IMG/VR virus record: IMGVR_UViG_3300025117_000031
Location: 1 to 64,000 of that record
Direction: 5' to 3' (one strand)
DNA: 64,000 nt
From: a virus
A program made the translations under genes and the position numbers. The notes beneath the pieces were generated by a model that had not been told where the DNA came from, ran no database searches, and saw nothing but the letters and a program-made list of their open reading frames with translations. Of the stretch, positions 28,316 to 38,140 are shown piece after piece. Numbering within the stretch: the stretch's first letter is position 1; every line of letters begins with the position of its first letter.

Positions 28316-28960
28316 ATGACACTTATGCAATTTCTTTTTAAATTTGGTTGGGTTGTAAAATATTGGTATTCTTGGACGCAAACTTTGTCCCCAAAAGACA
28401 AAAGAACTCCGATCAGGAGCGATTATACTTCATTTAACGAAATCGAGCAAGAGTTTAATAAACTAAGATATCAACACGATCCAGAGTTGGGAGGAGTCAA
28501 GTTTGATAACATTCATCATCCCCAACATACCTATTGGCTTGCTCTAAACAGGCAAGGGAAAAACGATTTATCTTCCCACACTTTAAACGAAGAAACAACA
28601 GGTGGGGATTGCGACGATTCAACAAGCTTGTGGTGTGCGGCTTTGTTTAAAAATAAAGACAAGCTGGGGATTAAAGAAGTTTGGTTTGGGATAACTCATT
28701 ACAAAATGAAGAACGGACAAACTCCGTCTCATGCTGTGTGTGTGTTCCGAGACAGAGAAAATAAAGTTGCTCATGTGGGAAATTGGTACGGCAACTCTCC
28801 GCAATATGTTGATTCAGGAATGGATATTAAAGCCGGATTGAGATATTTTGCAATTCAGAATGAATACGAGTATCTTGCTGGTTCTTTGATTAAAATTGAT
28901 AAACTTACAAAAGATGATCGTCTTGTATTTGGGAAATTCCTCAACGTTCCTTTATTTTAA
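28316..28960 (+). CDS. Transglutaminase-like / Cys-His fold protein
   Basis: GGDCDDS and HAVC motifs; AAGGAG RBS. Confidence 0.6.
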   Translation: MTLMQFLFKFGWVVKYWYSWTQTLSPKDKRTPIRSDYTSFNEIEQEFNKLRYQHDPELGGVKFDNIHHPQHTYWLALNRQGKNDLSSHTLNEETTGGDCDDSTSLWCAALFKNKDKLGIKEVWFGITHYKMKNGQTPSHAVCVFRDRENKVAHVGNWYGNSPQYVDSGMDIKAGLRYFAIQNEYEYLAGSLIKIDKLTKDDRLVFGKFLNVPLF

Positions 28961-29006
28961 TAATGTATTTGGGAAGTTTAACAGTATTCTTCAACGTTCT
29001 TTTATT

Positions 29007-29402
29007 TTAATAATCCACTTCGTTTTCTTTTTTTATCTCTTCTCGATAAGACTGATAGACAAACTCTTTGATATATTCTTTTTCGTCTTCGGAGAAAGAA
29101 AACTCAAAATTGTTTTGAATTCTTTCTTCTATCTTGGGAAGAACTTCATCAAGATAAAAAGTAATATGTTCTTTGTTTTTAATGTCTTTTGCTGAAAGAT
29201 TTACAGTGTGTGTTAGATAAACAAATCCGACTTCAAATTCGCAAAAAGTTTCTTTACGATGCAGGTGTTTACGAGGATAAATAGTGACTGAGACTTTCTT
29301 TCCTTCCTCAGATATAAAGTCTAAACAAAAACGTCTTGTTCCCCATGCGGACCATTGAGAAAAACAATCCTTAATTATTATCTTATGAAAAAGAAGTCTC
29401 AT
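29007..29402 (-). CDS. Hypothetical protein, paralog of 29408-29860
   Basis: Shared LFHK and TFY(L/I)D..LP.IEE.I...F.FSFSEDE..YIKE.V.QSY. Confidence 0.75.
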   Translation of the reverse strand: MRLLFHKIIIKDCFSQWSAWGTRRFCLDFISEEGKKVSVTIYPRKHLHRKETFCEFEVGFVYLTHTVNLSAKDIKNKEHITFYLDEVLPKIEERIQNNFEFSFSEDEKEYIKEFVYQSYREEIKKENEVDY

Positions 29403-29407
29403 TTAGG

Positions 29408-29860
29408 TTATCCAATAATTGTATTCATGTTCTTTATAATCTTTAGTCTCTCTTCCATGTCTTTCCAGTGTTTGTCAATCTGTTCCGCCATTCCCACAAT
29501 TTCTAAATAAGACTGATGAACATACTCTTTAATGTAACATCTTTCGTCTTCGGAAAAGGAAAAATCAAAATCTCTTTTTATTTTTTCTTCTATTGTTGGA
29601 AGAATTTGATCTATATAAAATGTTACGTGCCCTCTTTTTTCGATGCTATTAACCTGCAGTTGGATTCCTGCGGGGACATAAGAAAACAAAACTTTAAATT
29701 CACTTTGGAATTTAGGATACTGGAGCTTCCTATAGGAAGACACTCCTATAGTTTTCCTATAGGAAGACACTCCTATAGTTATTTTTTCTTTATCTTCTCG
29801 GATAAAGTTTAAAGTATAAAGACCGTCCTGATATTCCATCTTATGGAAAAGAATATTCAT
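29408..29860 (-). CDS. Hypothetical protein with an in-frame 27-bp duplication (29727-29780)
   Basis: TIGVSSYRK x2; paralog of its neighbour. Confidence 0.75.
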   Translation of the reverse strand: MNILFHKMEYQDGLYTLNFIREDKEKITIGVSSYRKTIGVSSYRKLQYPKFQSEFKVLFSYVPAGIQLQVNSIEKRGHVTFYIDQILPTIEEKIKRDFDFSFSEDERCYIKEYVHQSYLEIVGMAEQIDKHWKDMEERLKIIKNMNTIIG

Positions 29861-30222
29861 TTTAGATTTTTCATAATGTTGTTGAAGTCTTTTTCGTCTT
29901 CTTTTGAAATTACAAGAACATATTGTTGCTGAGGTTCACTTAAACTATTGATCCTTTCTTCCAATTCTTTCTTGGAAAAAGAATTTGTGAAGAAAACAGA
30001 ACCTCTCGCAGTCGACGTTTCTGTAACATAAGGAATGGTATATGAGACAGAATATTTTTGTTCATTTGGGAGTCTGTTATCTGGTGAAACTGAAACTTTT
30101 GTTTTGTCAATCCTTATAAAGATTATTTCTTTATTTTCGGTTAGAAATAATAGGCGAAGACGTTCAACAAGATCCCACTTGTGCTCTCGAAGAGGACAAA
30201 TCTTTTTGAGGATAGCTTCCAT
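29857..30222 (-). CDS. Hypothetical protein
   Basis: Overlapping operon. Confidence 0.6.
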   Translation of the reverse strand: MEAILKKICPLREHKWDLVERLRLLFLTENKEIIFIRIDKTKVSVSPDNRLPNEQKYSVSYTIPYVTETSTARGSVFFTNSFSKKELEERINSLSEPQQQYVLVISKEDEKDFNNIMKNLK

Positions 30223-30482
30223 TAGTCAATATAAATCTTTATTGATTGGGTTGTCTTGGTTTTCGGAGCCCCCGTCTTGGGCTTTTTCTTCATCCGGAAT
30301 ACAGGTCTTTTTTTCAGGTTGGTGAATTTAAATTTAATGTATTCCTCAATATATTTCTTTATTGCGTCTTCCACAACAAGAGAAACGGAGGGGTTCCCCG
30401 TGCTTTCCTCTACGTCGTTGGCGACAACTCGAATTCGATGAGCAAGTCTTTTGTCAATTCGAACCGTTAGTTTTTCTTTCAT
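30222..30482 (-). CDS. Ribbon-helix-helix DNA-binding protein
   Basis: KLTVRIDKRLAHRI...SVSLVVEDAIKKYI. Confidence 0.65.
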   Translation of the reverse strand: MKEKLTVRIDKRLAHRIRVVANDVEESTGNPSVSLVVEDAIKKYIEEYIKFKFTNLKKRPVFRMKKKPKTGAPKTKTTQSIKIYID

Positions 30483-30714
30483 GGATTACCTTCCTCACTT
30501 CTTTTTCGGCCTTTTGATTAAAGGACTTCCAAGCCATGGCTCCACCGCCACCTCCTGAAATAAGGAGGGCTGTGACAAGATAAACAATCTTTCTTCGAAT
30601 GCTGCGGATTACACTCCGCACGGTTTCAATCAAGATAAGAAAAAAAACAACTCCCAAGACAATGGAGATTGTTTGCGGGGAAAGACCCGAGAAAGCATTA
30701 ATAATTTCTTGCAT
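30454..30714 (-). CDS. Small membrane protein
   Basis: Hydrophobic segments; GGAG RBS. Confidence 0.55.
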   Translation of the reverse strand: MQEIINAFSGLSPQTISIVLGVVFFLILIETVRSVIRSIRRKIVYLVTALLISGGGGGAMAWKSFNQKAEKEVRKVIHERKTNGSN

Positions 30715-30800
30715 GGTCGATTCTCCGAAAGGTTTATAGAACAATACCGTATTTTAAGAAAGAAGTCAAGTTCTTTCTCTCCTTGTGATAGTCTTGCAGC

Positions 30801-31082
30801 ATGCCGAAAAGATGTCAGTTTTATAAATTTGATGGATATTTTTGTCATTTTATCGGGGAAGACGGAAAGAAATATTCCGGAGAAAAAAGCTTTTTTGAAT
30901 TAAGAAGAGGTTCTGCGAAGAAGCCTTTAACACGATATGAAATAAGAGATCTTTCTGGAAACCAAATTCTTTCAACAGGAGATTCTTTTTCTATAGCTCT
31001 TAGTAAACTTGGATATCTTCTTGAGAACGGAGAAGACCCAGAGTTTTATCTGCAAGAAAAAGAAGCTAACGAATCCAAATAA
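30801..31082 (+). CDS. Hypothetical protein (convergent paralog of 31066-31386)
   Basis: Shared F..EDGKK(Y/F).G and LGY(L/I)L(E/D). Confidence 0.6.
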   Translation: MPKRCQFYKFDGYFCHFIGEDGKKYSGEKSFFELRRGSAKKPLTRYEIRDLSGNQILSTGDSFSIALSKLGYLLENGEDPEFYLQEKEANESK

Positions 31083-31386
31083 TGGGCACACCTTCGTCGT
31101 TTGATCTAAGTGGTTCTTCGTCAAGAATGTAACCCAGGAGAAGAAAGGCATATTTAAAAGTATTTCCTCCTCCACTTTCTAGCATATAACAAGTTTGAGT
31201 AGAGTTTTTATAGAGTTTACCTTCAAACTTTTTTCCATCTTCTGCCGAAAACTTGTATATATAATTGGAACTTAGGCTGTTATTTTTCTCTTTAATATGT
31301 TCCATTCCGGCAAAGATGCAGCTTGTTGGGACATTTTTCTTTTTCATTTTCAAATATAATTGAATTTGTATTATCTCCACAGTCAT
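31066..31386 (-). CDS. Hypothetical protein
   Basis: See paralog; start uncertain. Confidence 0.55.
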   Translation of the reverse strand: MTVEIIQIQLYLKMKKKNVPTSCIFAGMEHIKEKNNSLSSNYIYKFSAEDGKKFEGKLYKNSTQTCYMLESGGGNTFKYAFLLLGYILDEEPLRSNDEGVPIIWIR

Positions 31387-31573
31387 AACGAGTACAGTTA
31401 TAGCAATCTTGATAACCCTTTCGACACTTGGACAGAATTTCTTTATTTACCGGCTCTATTTCGGTAAGTTCAAGAAGAAGGGGGTTTGGTCCGGATCTAC
31501 TACAAAGAAGGCTTGAGCAGCCTTTGCAAGGTCCAACGGACTTTCTCGCTAGTTTGTAAATTATTTTAGACAT
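31292..31573 (-). CDS. Cys-rich hypothetical protein
   Basis: ORF directly after ankyrin copy C. Confidence 0.55.
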   Translation of the reverse strand: MSKIIYKLARKSVGPCKGCSSLLCSRSGPNPLLLELTEIEPVNKEILSKCRKGYQDCYNCTRYDCGDNTNSIIFENEKEKCPNKLHLCRNGTY

Positions 31574-31978
31574 TTAAACTCCACTTCTTGACGACTTCTG
31601 GTGTCTTTTTGTTATAGTGGTCGGGATCTTGTTGATAAAGAATCTTCACGACCTCAACATGGCCTTTTGCCGAAGCCCATCGGATGGCAAGGTTGTTACC
31701 GGCCGTTGGATCAACCCTCTTGTCGGAAAGAAGAATCTTCACGACCTCAACATGGCCTTTTGCCGAAGCCCATCGGATGGCAGTGTTGTCATCGGCCGTT
31801 GGATCAATCCTCTTGTCGGAAAGAAGAATCTTCACGACCTCAACATGGCCGTTTGCCGGTTGTCATCGGCCGTTGGGTCGAACACATCCATCGACAGAAT
31901 TAAAGCCGCTTCCTTGTCTTTGCCTTTGTTGCAAAGCTCCCAAAAAAGTCGTTCCCCTCTGTTCTGTTCTCTTCCCAT
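31566..31978 (-). pseudogene. Ankyrin-repeat protein, copy C, frameshifted
   Basis: Same promoter and N-cap as copies B and D. The first repeat lacks ~19 nt of the variable segment (GACAAC|CGGCAAAC at ~31858), breaking the frame. Confidence 0.85.
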
Positions 31979-32019
31979 TTCGGCCGAGGATAACAAAAAT
32001 AAAAGAAGATGTCAATCCC

Positions 32020-32733
32020 CTACTTTAGACATACTCGCCATGTTCGAAGGATTTCAATAAAAACCTCTCGGAACACAATAAGATGATTATCAAATTCTTC
32101 TTCTTCTTTGGCGATTTCAAATAAAGTCCTTGATGAGAACAAAAGCGACGAAATCATCGAGTTTCTTAGGTTAAATATGTTGTCCAAGTCTAACAACAAA
32201 GCCCAAACGATGTTATTAATAACAACTTTAAGTAATTGTTCGCTTTTTGCTGGACTGGAGGGGTATTTTAAAGCAACCGCATCCGCATTAACGTTGAAAT
32301 AAAAGTCTTCTATTTTTTGTTTCGAAGCACGACCAGCAAGCCAATCTCTCAATAATTCCGGGGCTTTAGTGTAATCTACATCTTTACTGATGTCTTTTAC
32401 GATATTCGTTCCAAATCTATGCGAGACATAAGAAAAAACACTTTCCAGGATTGTTATGCACATTGCAACCTGGAAATCGAATGGAATCAATTTCCCAGCA
32501 AAAACAATAGCTTCAAAACTATCTATTTTTTTGTTTTCCAAGATGTCCATAACCGATATCTTCTTATCTAGATAAGAAGAACAAACCTCATCTAGGGTTT
32601 CGTTATTAAACAGTTTTTTTAAGTATTCATCATTATTAGCCAGCTTTTTTAAGTATTCAGCAGTGTGTCTTTTCTGACTCACTTTTCTTTCCCTCTCGGT
32701 ACTTTCTCCCAGCAAAAATACCAATAATCCCAC
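32020..32733 (-). CDS. Hypothetical helical protein
   Basis: 237-aa ORF. Confidence 0.65.
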   Translation of the reverse strand: MGLLVFLLGESTERERKVSQKRHTAEYLKKLANNDEYLKKLFNNETLDEVCSSYLDKKISVMDILENKKIDSFEAIVFAGKLIPFDFQVAMCITILESVFSYVSHRFGTNIVKDISKDVDYTKAPELLRDWLAGRASKQKIEDFYFNVNADAVALKYPSSPAKSEQLLKVVINNIVWALLLDLDNIFNLRNSMISSLLFSSRTLFEIAKEEEEFDNHLIVFREVFIEILRTWRVCLK

Positions 32734-32828
32734 ATGCGACTACAAGTCCAACACCCATTATAATTAGGTTTGCTTTACAGAAACGAGAAATCATTGTATT
32801 CCCCTAGTTAGTATAGAGCCTATATAAC

Positions 32829-33116
32829 ATGACTGTAGTCATTTTGCAAGCAATATTTATATTTGTTGGTATTTTCTTTACAGACTTTTTAAACGCATTA
32901 TACGTTGCCGCAGTAGCAAAAAACAAAAAGTTCAGTGCAGCAACCTTATCTTTTGTTGTTGTCCTTGTTACTGGCTTGATAGTAATAGAATATACAAAGA
33001 ATCCGTGGTTTATTATACCAGCAGCGATTGGAGCTTTTTTTGGAACTCTTGCTTCGGGATATGTAAGAATCAACAAGCCAAAAGAAAAAGATTCTAAGGA
33101 GTCTGAGAATTCGTAG
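32829..33116 (+). CDS. Small multi-pass membrane protein
   Basis: Three hydrophobic segments; AIGAFFGT. Confidence 0.65.
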   Translation: MTVVILQAIFIFVGIFFTDFLNALYVAAVAKNKKFSAATLSFVVVLVTGLIVIEYTKNPWFIIPAAIGAFFGTLASGYVRINKPKEKDSKESENS

Positions 33117-33486
33117 GAAACAGCTTATCTAATCTTTTCTGCAGTTCGGACTTCTTTAAAACAAGACCATTCATAAGCCTCGCCTTTGCCTTTCCTTTTC
33201 TTTTTTGGTCCTCTTGCCACTCGTTGATGAAGTTTAATACTCCAACACAGCTCGGACCATCCTCAGTTAATACGAATGGCACAATTTCGCATGACTTATA
33301 AAGTTCCAAGTCTGTAATTGCAAGGTGGCACTTAAGAGAGCCTAGACTTCTCCAGAATTTTCCATTTTCTTCAAATCTAGGGGAGATTCCTCCATTGGAA
33401 TATAAGAGAGTTTTTAGGTCTCTTATCTTCCAAATGGTTTTTTCTTCTGGCTTGTGTTTTACTTTATAGCGGGGAGAGGACTTCAT
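33094..33486 (-). CDS. Hypothetical phage protein
   Basis: KIRD..T.LYS.GG..P.F...GK.W motif. Confidence 0.65.
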   Translation of the reverse strand: MKSSPRYKVKHKPEEKTIWKIRDLKTLLYSNGGISPRFEENGKFWRSLGSLKCHLAITDLELYKSCEIVPFVLTEDGPSCVGVLNFINEWQEDQKRKGKAKARLMNGLVLKKSELQKRLDKLFPTNSQTP

Positions 33487-33487
33487 C

Positions 33488-34702
33488 TTACTTCTTGTAG
33501 AGGAGGAGGGTGCCCTTCTTCAGCTTGCGATTAGCCGAAGTAGAAAGAATAAACAACTTGTAGTTCTTAAGGTTTCCAGGATGAACTTGAACTCTCTGAT
33601 GTTGCGGAATTCCAGCAAGAGTTCTTGCCTGGTCTCCACCATAAACCGCCCCTGTGGTTGAATCCATGATAAGAAAATCTTTTGTCTCTTGGACGGTTTC
33701 GCTCTTTGTCAGTTGATAGTAGCCTCGTCCCTTCGAGAAGCTGAGTCGGTGGGGAGTAAGCGAGAAGCTTTCTTCAACGAAATCCTTGATTGGCATATCC
33801 TTGTGAACGGCCCAACGATAGAAGTCTCCCGACAGATCGTCCAGTCTTTGGTTAAGAACCTTTGTGTTAACCTTGCTAAGGTCTGCTGAGAAGAAGTTTC
33901 TTACGCTATTGTTTCCCTTGCTGCGAGCCTCATAATAGTTGTCGTAACCTGTGGTGACGGACCTAGAAAGAACTTCCATCCCTCGTTCTGTTTGGTCCCA
34001 CTCTTGAATATTCCCCGGAAGGGCGCCAAACCGTTGAACGTAATGGGAATGACCACGAGGCACAGAAAAAACAAAGGTCCAGCGATCTGTTGCGTGTAGT
34101 TCGCCCATAAGCGAGGAGACTCTAGCAACAGAATATTGAGTTGAAGAGTTTTCTTCCCCGTCTGTAATAGTGATTACAAGAAAGCTATGATTTAGCTTGT
34201 CGGAGTAGAAAGAGTTTTTATATTCCTGGGCAACAAGACCCACCGCATCGCGAAGAGAAGTAGACGAACCGTTGGCGTCATAATCTCTTTGTGTAATGTG
34301 TTGAATCACTGAAGAATCAGAGGGAGGAACAAGAAGGCGAAGAGTCCGGTCAAAAGTATAGACCGACATAATCGTTCGCTGACCTGACTTTTGAGCTGAG
34401 CGCTTGATTGAATCAATTTGCTCATTAATTACTTGAATTGCCTTAAACCTCAAGCCTTGCATGGAACCAGAAGAATCCATCATAAGAGCAATGTGATTGA
34501 CGCATTCGGGCTTTGGAGGAGTTTTCTTCTTTGTGGGCTTGGCAGGCGTCTTTGCTGACGTCGCAAACGAAGCCTTTAGCTCTCGGTCTTTATGAAAACG
34601 CCTTGCGCGAATGCCAGTTGTTGAAATACAGCGATTCCCAGGCTCCGCTCCACAGACAGGACACTTAACGGACATGATTTCAGTTGCAGACAGACGTGAC
34701 AT
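33488..34702 (-). CDS. vWA-domain protein with N-terminal zinc finger
   Basis: CPVCGAEPGNRC...H; MDSSGSM, TSLRDA, ITDGEEN. Confidence 0.85.
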   Translation of the reverse strand: MSRLSATEIMSVKCPVCGAEPGNRCISTTGIRARRFHKDRELKASFATSAKTPAKPTKKKTPPKPECVNHIALMMDSSGSMQGLRFKAIQVINEQIDSIKRSAQKSGQRTIMSVYTFDRTLRLLVPPSDSSVIQHITQRDYDANGSSTSLRDAVGLVAQEYKNSFYSDKLNHSFLVITITDGEENSSTQYSVARVSSLMGELHATDRWTFVFSVPRGHSHYVQRFGALPGNIQEWDQTERGMEVLSRSVTTGYDNYYEARSKGNNSVRNFFSADLSKVNTKVLNQRLDDLSGDFYRWAVHKDMPIKDFVEESFSLTPHRLSFSKGRGYYQLTKSETVQETKDFLIMDSTTGAVYGGDQARTLAGIPQHQRVQVHPGNLKNYKLFILSTSANRKLKKGTLLLYKK

Positions 34703-34721
34703 TTTTTCTCTCTCCTTGTTG

Positions 34722-36053
34722 TTATAGCAGATCTTCGACGTCTTGATAGTTGTCGTTATCCTTGGCGATTCCTTCGAACAGCTTAAAAAGCCAACCCTTG
34801 TGCTTTAGAATATCTGTTCCACTTTGACTTTCATATCTAACACAAACGCCCTCTCGAATGTGACGAGGATCGAGGGGATCTGGGCCTTGAGTAAGCTTTT
34901 CGCACTTTTCCAAAAGAGCATCGAAATTCCCATCATAGAAAAATGTCTCATAGACGTGTACAGTTTCGAGTCCCATCTTGTTACAGCGCTCGACGACTTG
35001 GCCCCAAGGCAATTCATAAACATCTCCGTCTTCATTTGTCTGCGTAATACGATAAATAAAAAGACGGTTCTGCTTTAGTGGGTCTTCTGCGTTGCAACCA
35101 TAGGTGTAAAGAATTTGTTCCCCATACTTCTTTGCAACAGAAGGCTCCTTGGTTGTAGAATGAGGAGGCATAATGGAGGCGCCGGTATCGGTAAAGCCGA
35201 CGATTTCTCCATAAATTGTTTCTCCCTTGCGAACTCCACAAGAAGAAAGAAGCTTATGATACTTCTCGCGGTAATTACCACCATGGAAAGGGTCCTCGAA
35301 AGTTCGCTCTCCGTGATTTAGAATTGTACGACGAGTCCCCGAAACGTAAGAATATTCCCTCTCTTCAAACTTGGGACCGCCAATCTTTTCGGCAACTCGA
35401 TTCCAAATTAGCTTTGGAAGAGAAAGCTCCTTGCGAGAAAAAGTGTAAGAAAATCGCATACTTGTGCCGTGGCACTTGGAAGAGATATGGATCAACGCTC
35501 CGACTGGAATTTGCCCAGAGCAGAAGCGAATTTGCTTAGTCTCAAAGTGTTCCTTAAACAAGGGATACTTCTTTTCCTTGGCAAGGCGCTTCTTCCAAAG
35601 AGAAGAAATCTTATTCTTATGCTTCTCGCTAGAAAGACTTCGCCGAGAAGCCTTTGGAATATACTTGAAGCAAACAGACTTTCCGTTCAGCTCCGTAAAG
35701 GTGTAGTTCTCGGAAAGAACGTCGGTCTTGATTCCGGTCCATTCAACAAAAGAAAGAGGACACCAAAATCCTTCGGAGATTTCTCCTCGGAACTTTTGAT
35801 CTCGAACTCGGCCATTCTTATCAAAATAACCACCCATCTTTTCACCAGTATCAGGATGGGTTTGATAAAGACGATTAGTAACAAGCATGTCCTTCGACAA
35901 AGCACCGTCGGAAGGAAAGAAGATTCCCATCTGTCCTTCTGAATTATCAAGTCCCACAACAACCTGATTACCAACGACAGTTGCTAGCTGCACCCTATCG
36001 GCATTGGGATGCTTGCGGACATTCTTCAGCGGGGCAATAATTGCTTGATACAT
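34722..36053 (-). CDS. RNA ligase (N-terminal OB/tRNA-binding domain plus Rnl2-like nucleotidyltransferase)
   Basis: KHPNADRVQ; KCHGTS, YGEIVG, REGVCVR, LKHK. Confidence 0.85.
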   Translation of the reverse strand: MYQAIIAPLKNVRKHPNADRVQLATVVGNQVVVGLDNSEGQMGIFFPSDGALSKDMLVTNRLYQTHPDTGEKMGGYFDKNGRVRDQKFRGEISEGFWCPLSFVEWTGIKTDVLSENYTFTELNGKSVCFKYIPKASRRSLSSEKHKNKISSLWKKRLAKEKKYPLFKEHFETKQIRFCSGQIPVGALIHISSKCHGTSMRFSYTFSRKELSLPKLIWNRVAEKIGGPKFEEREYSYVSGTRRTILNHGERTFEDPFHGGNYREKYHKLLSSCGVRKGETIYGEIVGFTDTGASIMPPHSTTKEPSVAKKYGEQILYTYGCNAEDPLKQNRLFIYRITQTNEDGDVYELPWGQVVERCNKMGLETVHVYETFFYDGNFDALLEKCEKLTQGPDPLDPRHIREGVCVRYESQSGTDILKHKGWLFKLFEGIAKDNDNYQDVEDLL

Positions 36054-36067
36054 TTTATTCTCCAGTT

Positions 36068-36346
36068 CCCTTTCGAGACTTGAACCGTGAACTCCTTAGT
36101 TAACACAGCCGCTCGATTCCTGCCCAAGAGAAAGTTTCGTTTTGGCCGTAAGGCCAGAACCAGAGCTTTCTTGACAGCAGGCTATCCCCGCCAGGGCGAC
36201 GGTTCTTTTTATCGTCGTAGTATAAAACTTCGACATACTATTAAGATAGCACACGAAGTGGAATGTGTTGACTTTTTTGCAAATTCGTTGTTTCATCTGT
36301 CAGCATTCATGTTAACTAAGGAGTTCGTGGTTTAAGTCTCGAATGG
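36068..36346 (-). mobile_element. Mini TnpB element, copy 4
   Basis: At least 36-bp inverted repeat at both ends; in-frame mini-ORF MSKFYTTTIKRTVALAGIACCQESS. Confidence 0.9.
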
Positions 36347-36405
36347 TATGACAAAATTTACATGAGCATAACAGAAGTAAAAGAAGATGTCAACAAGAAA
36401 ACAAT

Positions 36406-36681
36406 TTATTCTTCTGCGAGAGTCTTTAAAACCTTCTTCATCTTATTAAAAACTTTCTTATACACTTCTAGTTGTTTCTCTAACTCTTTCTTTTCTCTTG
36501 TCAGCTCGGCAATTAAATCCAAAGCCTCCATTGGAGTTGGGGGATATTGAGAAACCGTAACTTGTGGAGTAAAATCAACTTCCGGATAAAAAGGAGTTGA
36601 TATCGCATATTTAGTAATTGGAGTGTGTGCGGCATATACAGCAGTAAAAAGACCAGTAGAATCAATATAACTTGACGACAT
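36406..36681 (-). CDS. Hypothetical coiled-coil protein
   Basis: GGAGG RBS. Confidence 0.6.
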   Translation of the reverse strand: MSSSYIDSTGLFTAVYAAHTPITKYAISTPFYPEVDFTPQVTVSQYPPTPMEALDLIAELTREKKELEKQLEVYKKVFNKMKKVLKTLAEE

Positions 36682-37096
36682 TTTTAAACCTCCGAAGCTA
36701 TTATATCAGAACCCGTTGAAAGTGTGAATAGAAAAACCGCTTGTCTTCTGTTTTTCCCTGTGGTAAGATTGGGGTTAAGAAACTCTATTTATTAGGGAGG
36801 GTTAATTCGTTGACTTGGTTGTTTTGTTTAATTTTATATCTTATCTTTGTGTATTTATTCAATTTTCTTCGTCTAGTCATAGACTGGAAGACTTGTTTAT
36901 CTTTTTATGACTTCTTGGAATATTCTCAAACTGCTATAAATTGGTGGGGCTTCATTATTTCTCCTTTGCTTTTCCCAGGTTGGGTTATAATTACTATTTT
37001 GGACGGTTTGTTTAACGATGCCGAAAAGTGAAAAAGTTGTTGAATTTGCTTCGGAAGTATGATAGAGTCGATTAAACTTTTGAACGGAGAAATAAA

Positions 37097-37288
37097 ATGA
37101 ATGAGAATGAGGTTAAGGAATGGCTGTCGGCTCTTGCGGATGCAACACTTTTCTCGAATTCTGGGATTGACATGGAGCGTCTTGCAACAAATTTTGTTGC
37201 TGGAACTCTGTTTTTCAATCCGACATACGGAGGCAAGAAGTACGATAACGTCTTCGATAAACACTTCTTTGAGGCTCCAGAGGCATGA
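37097..37288 (+). CDS. Hypothetical protein
   Basis: GGAG RBS, own promoter. Confidence 0.55.
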   Translation: MNENEVKEWLSALADATLFSNSGIDMERLATNFVAGTLFFNPTYGGKKYDNVFDKHFFEAPEA

Positions 37289-37312
37289 GCGAAGAACTAG
37301 AAAAGTTAATAT

Positions 37313-37590
37313 CCCCTTCGAGGCTTAAACCATGAACTCATTAGTTAACATGAATGCTCGATTCCTGCCCATGAGAAAGTTTCGTTCTCGCCGCAAGGCC
37401 AGGACCAGAGCTTTCTTGACAGCAGGCTATCCCCGCCAGGGCGACGGTTCTTTTTATCGTCGTAGTATAAAACTTCGACATACTATAAATAGAGCACACG
37501 AAGTGGAATGTGTTGACTTTTTTGCAAATTCGTTGTTTCATCTGTCAGCAGCCGTGTTAACTGATGAGTCTTGGTTAAAATCTCAAATGG
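37313..37590 (-). mobile_element. Mini TnpB element, copy 5
   Basis: Near-identical direct repeat of copy 4; appears to interrupt a small ORF beginning MSEELEKLI at 37285. Confidence 0.9.
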
Positions 37591-37885
37591 TTTGGGATTG
37601 TATTCTTTTCGAAGAAGAAAAGAAGAAATCCGAAGATAAGCGCGAACAACTTCAAGCTCCTTCTCCCGAAATACCCTATTGGCAGGAAAACGAGAATAAA
37701 TAATGGAAATTATTGCTCTTTTGTTTCTTTTTATATTAGCTTGCTGTCTTAATTACATTAAAATTAAGGCAGCAGCAATTGTTTTGTTTTGGGTTGTTAC
37801 GATAATTGGAGGAGTTTTTCTTCTTTTAACTCTTACCATGCCAGCAGAAAAAGAGGAAAAGCAGTAGGATTCGCCTATTTAGAGC

Positions 37886-38140
37886 ATGAACTATTCTTTC
37901 CATTGTCGCGATTGCCAACTATATTTTGAAAAAAGAGAATTTCCAGTTTCTTCCTGTCCTGTTTGCAAGGGGACAAACGGAATTCAAAGAAAAATAGATA
38001 AAAGTTTTCATTTTATGTGTCCCATATGTGGACAGTTGTATGAATCTAAAGAAGAACCGTTGTTTTGTACGTTGTGTAGGTCGGAAGTAAAAGAAGTCCT
38101 CATTGTAGCTCAGAGGAGAAAAATAGATGAAAATAACTAA
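37886..38140 (+). CDS. Double zinc-ribbon protein
   Basis: Four CxxC pairs; CTATTTA motif 4 nt before the ATG. Confidence 0.7.
   Translation: MNYSFHCRDCQLYFEKREFPVSSCPVCKGTNGIQRKIDKSFHFMCPICGQLYESKEEPLFCTLCRSEVKEVLIVAQRRKIDENN

Noticed and set aside
27760-28319. Repetitive + strand ORFs (also at 31601-32060 and 43653-44395)
   Set aside because: Antisense frames of the ankyrin repeats
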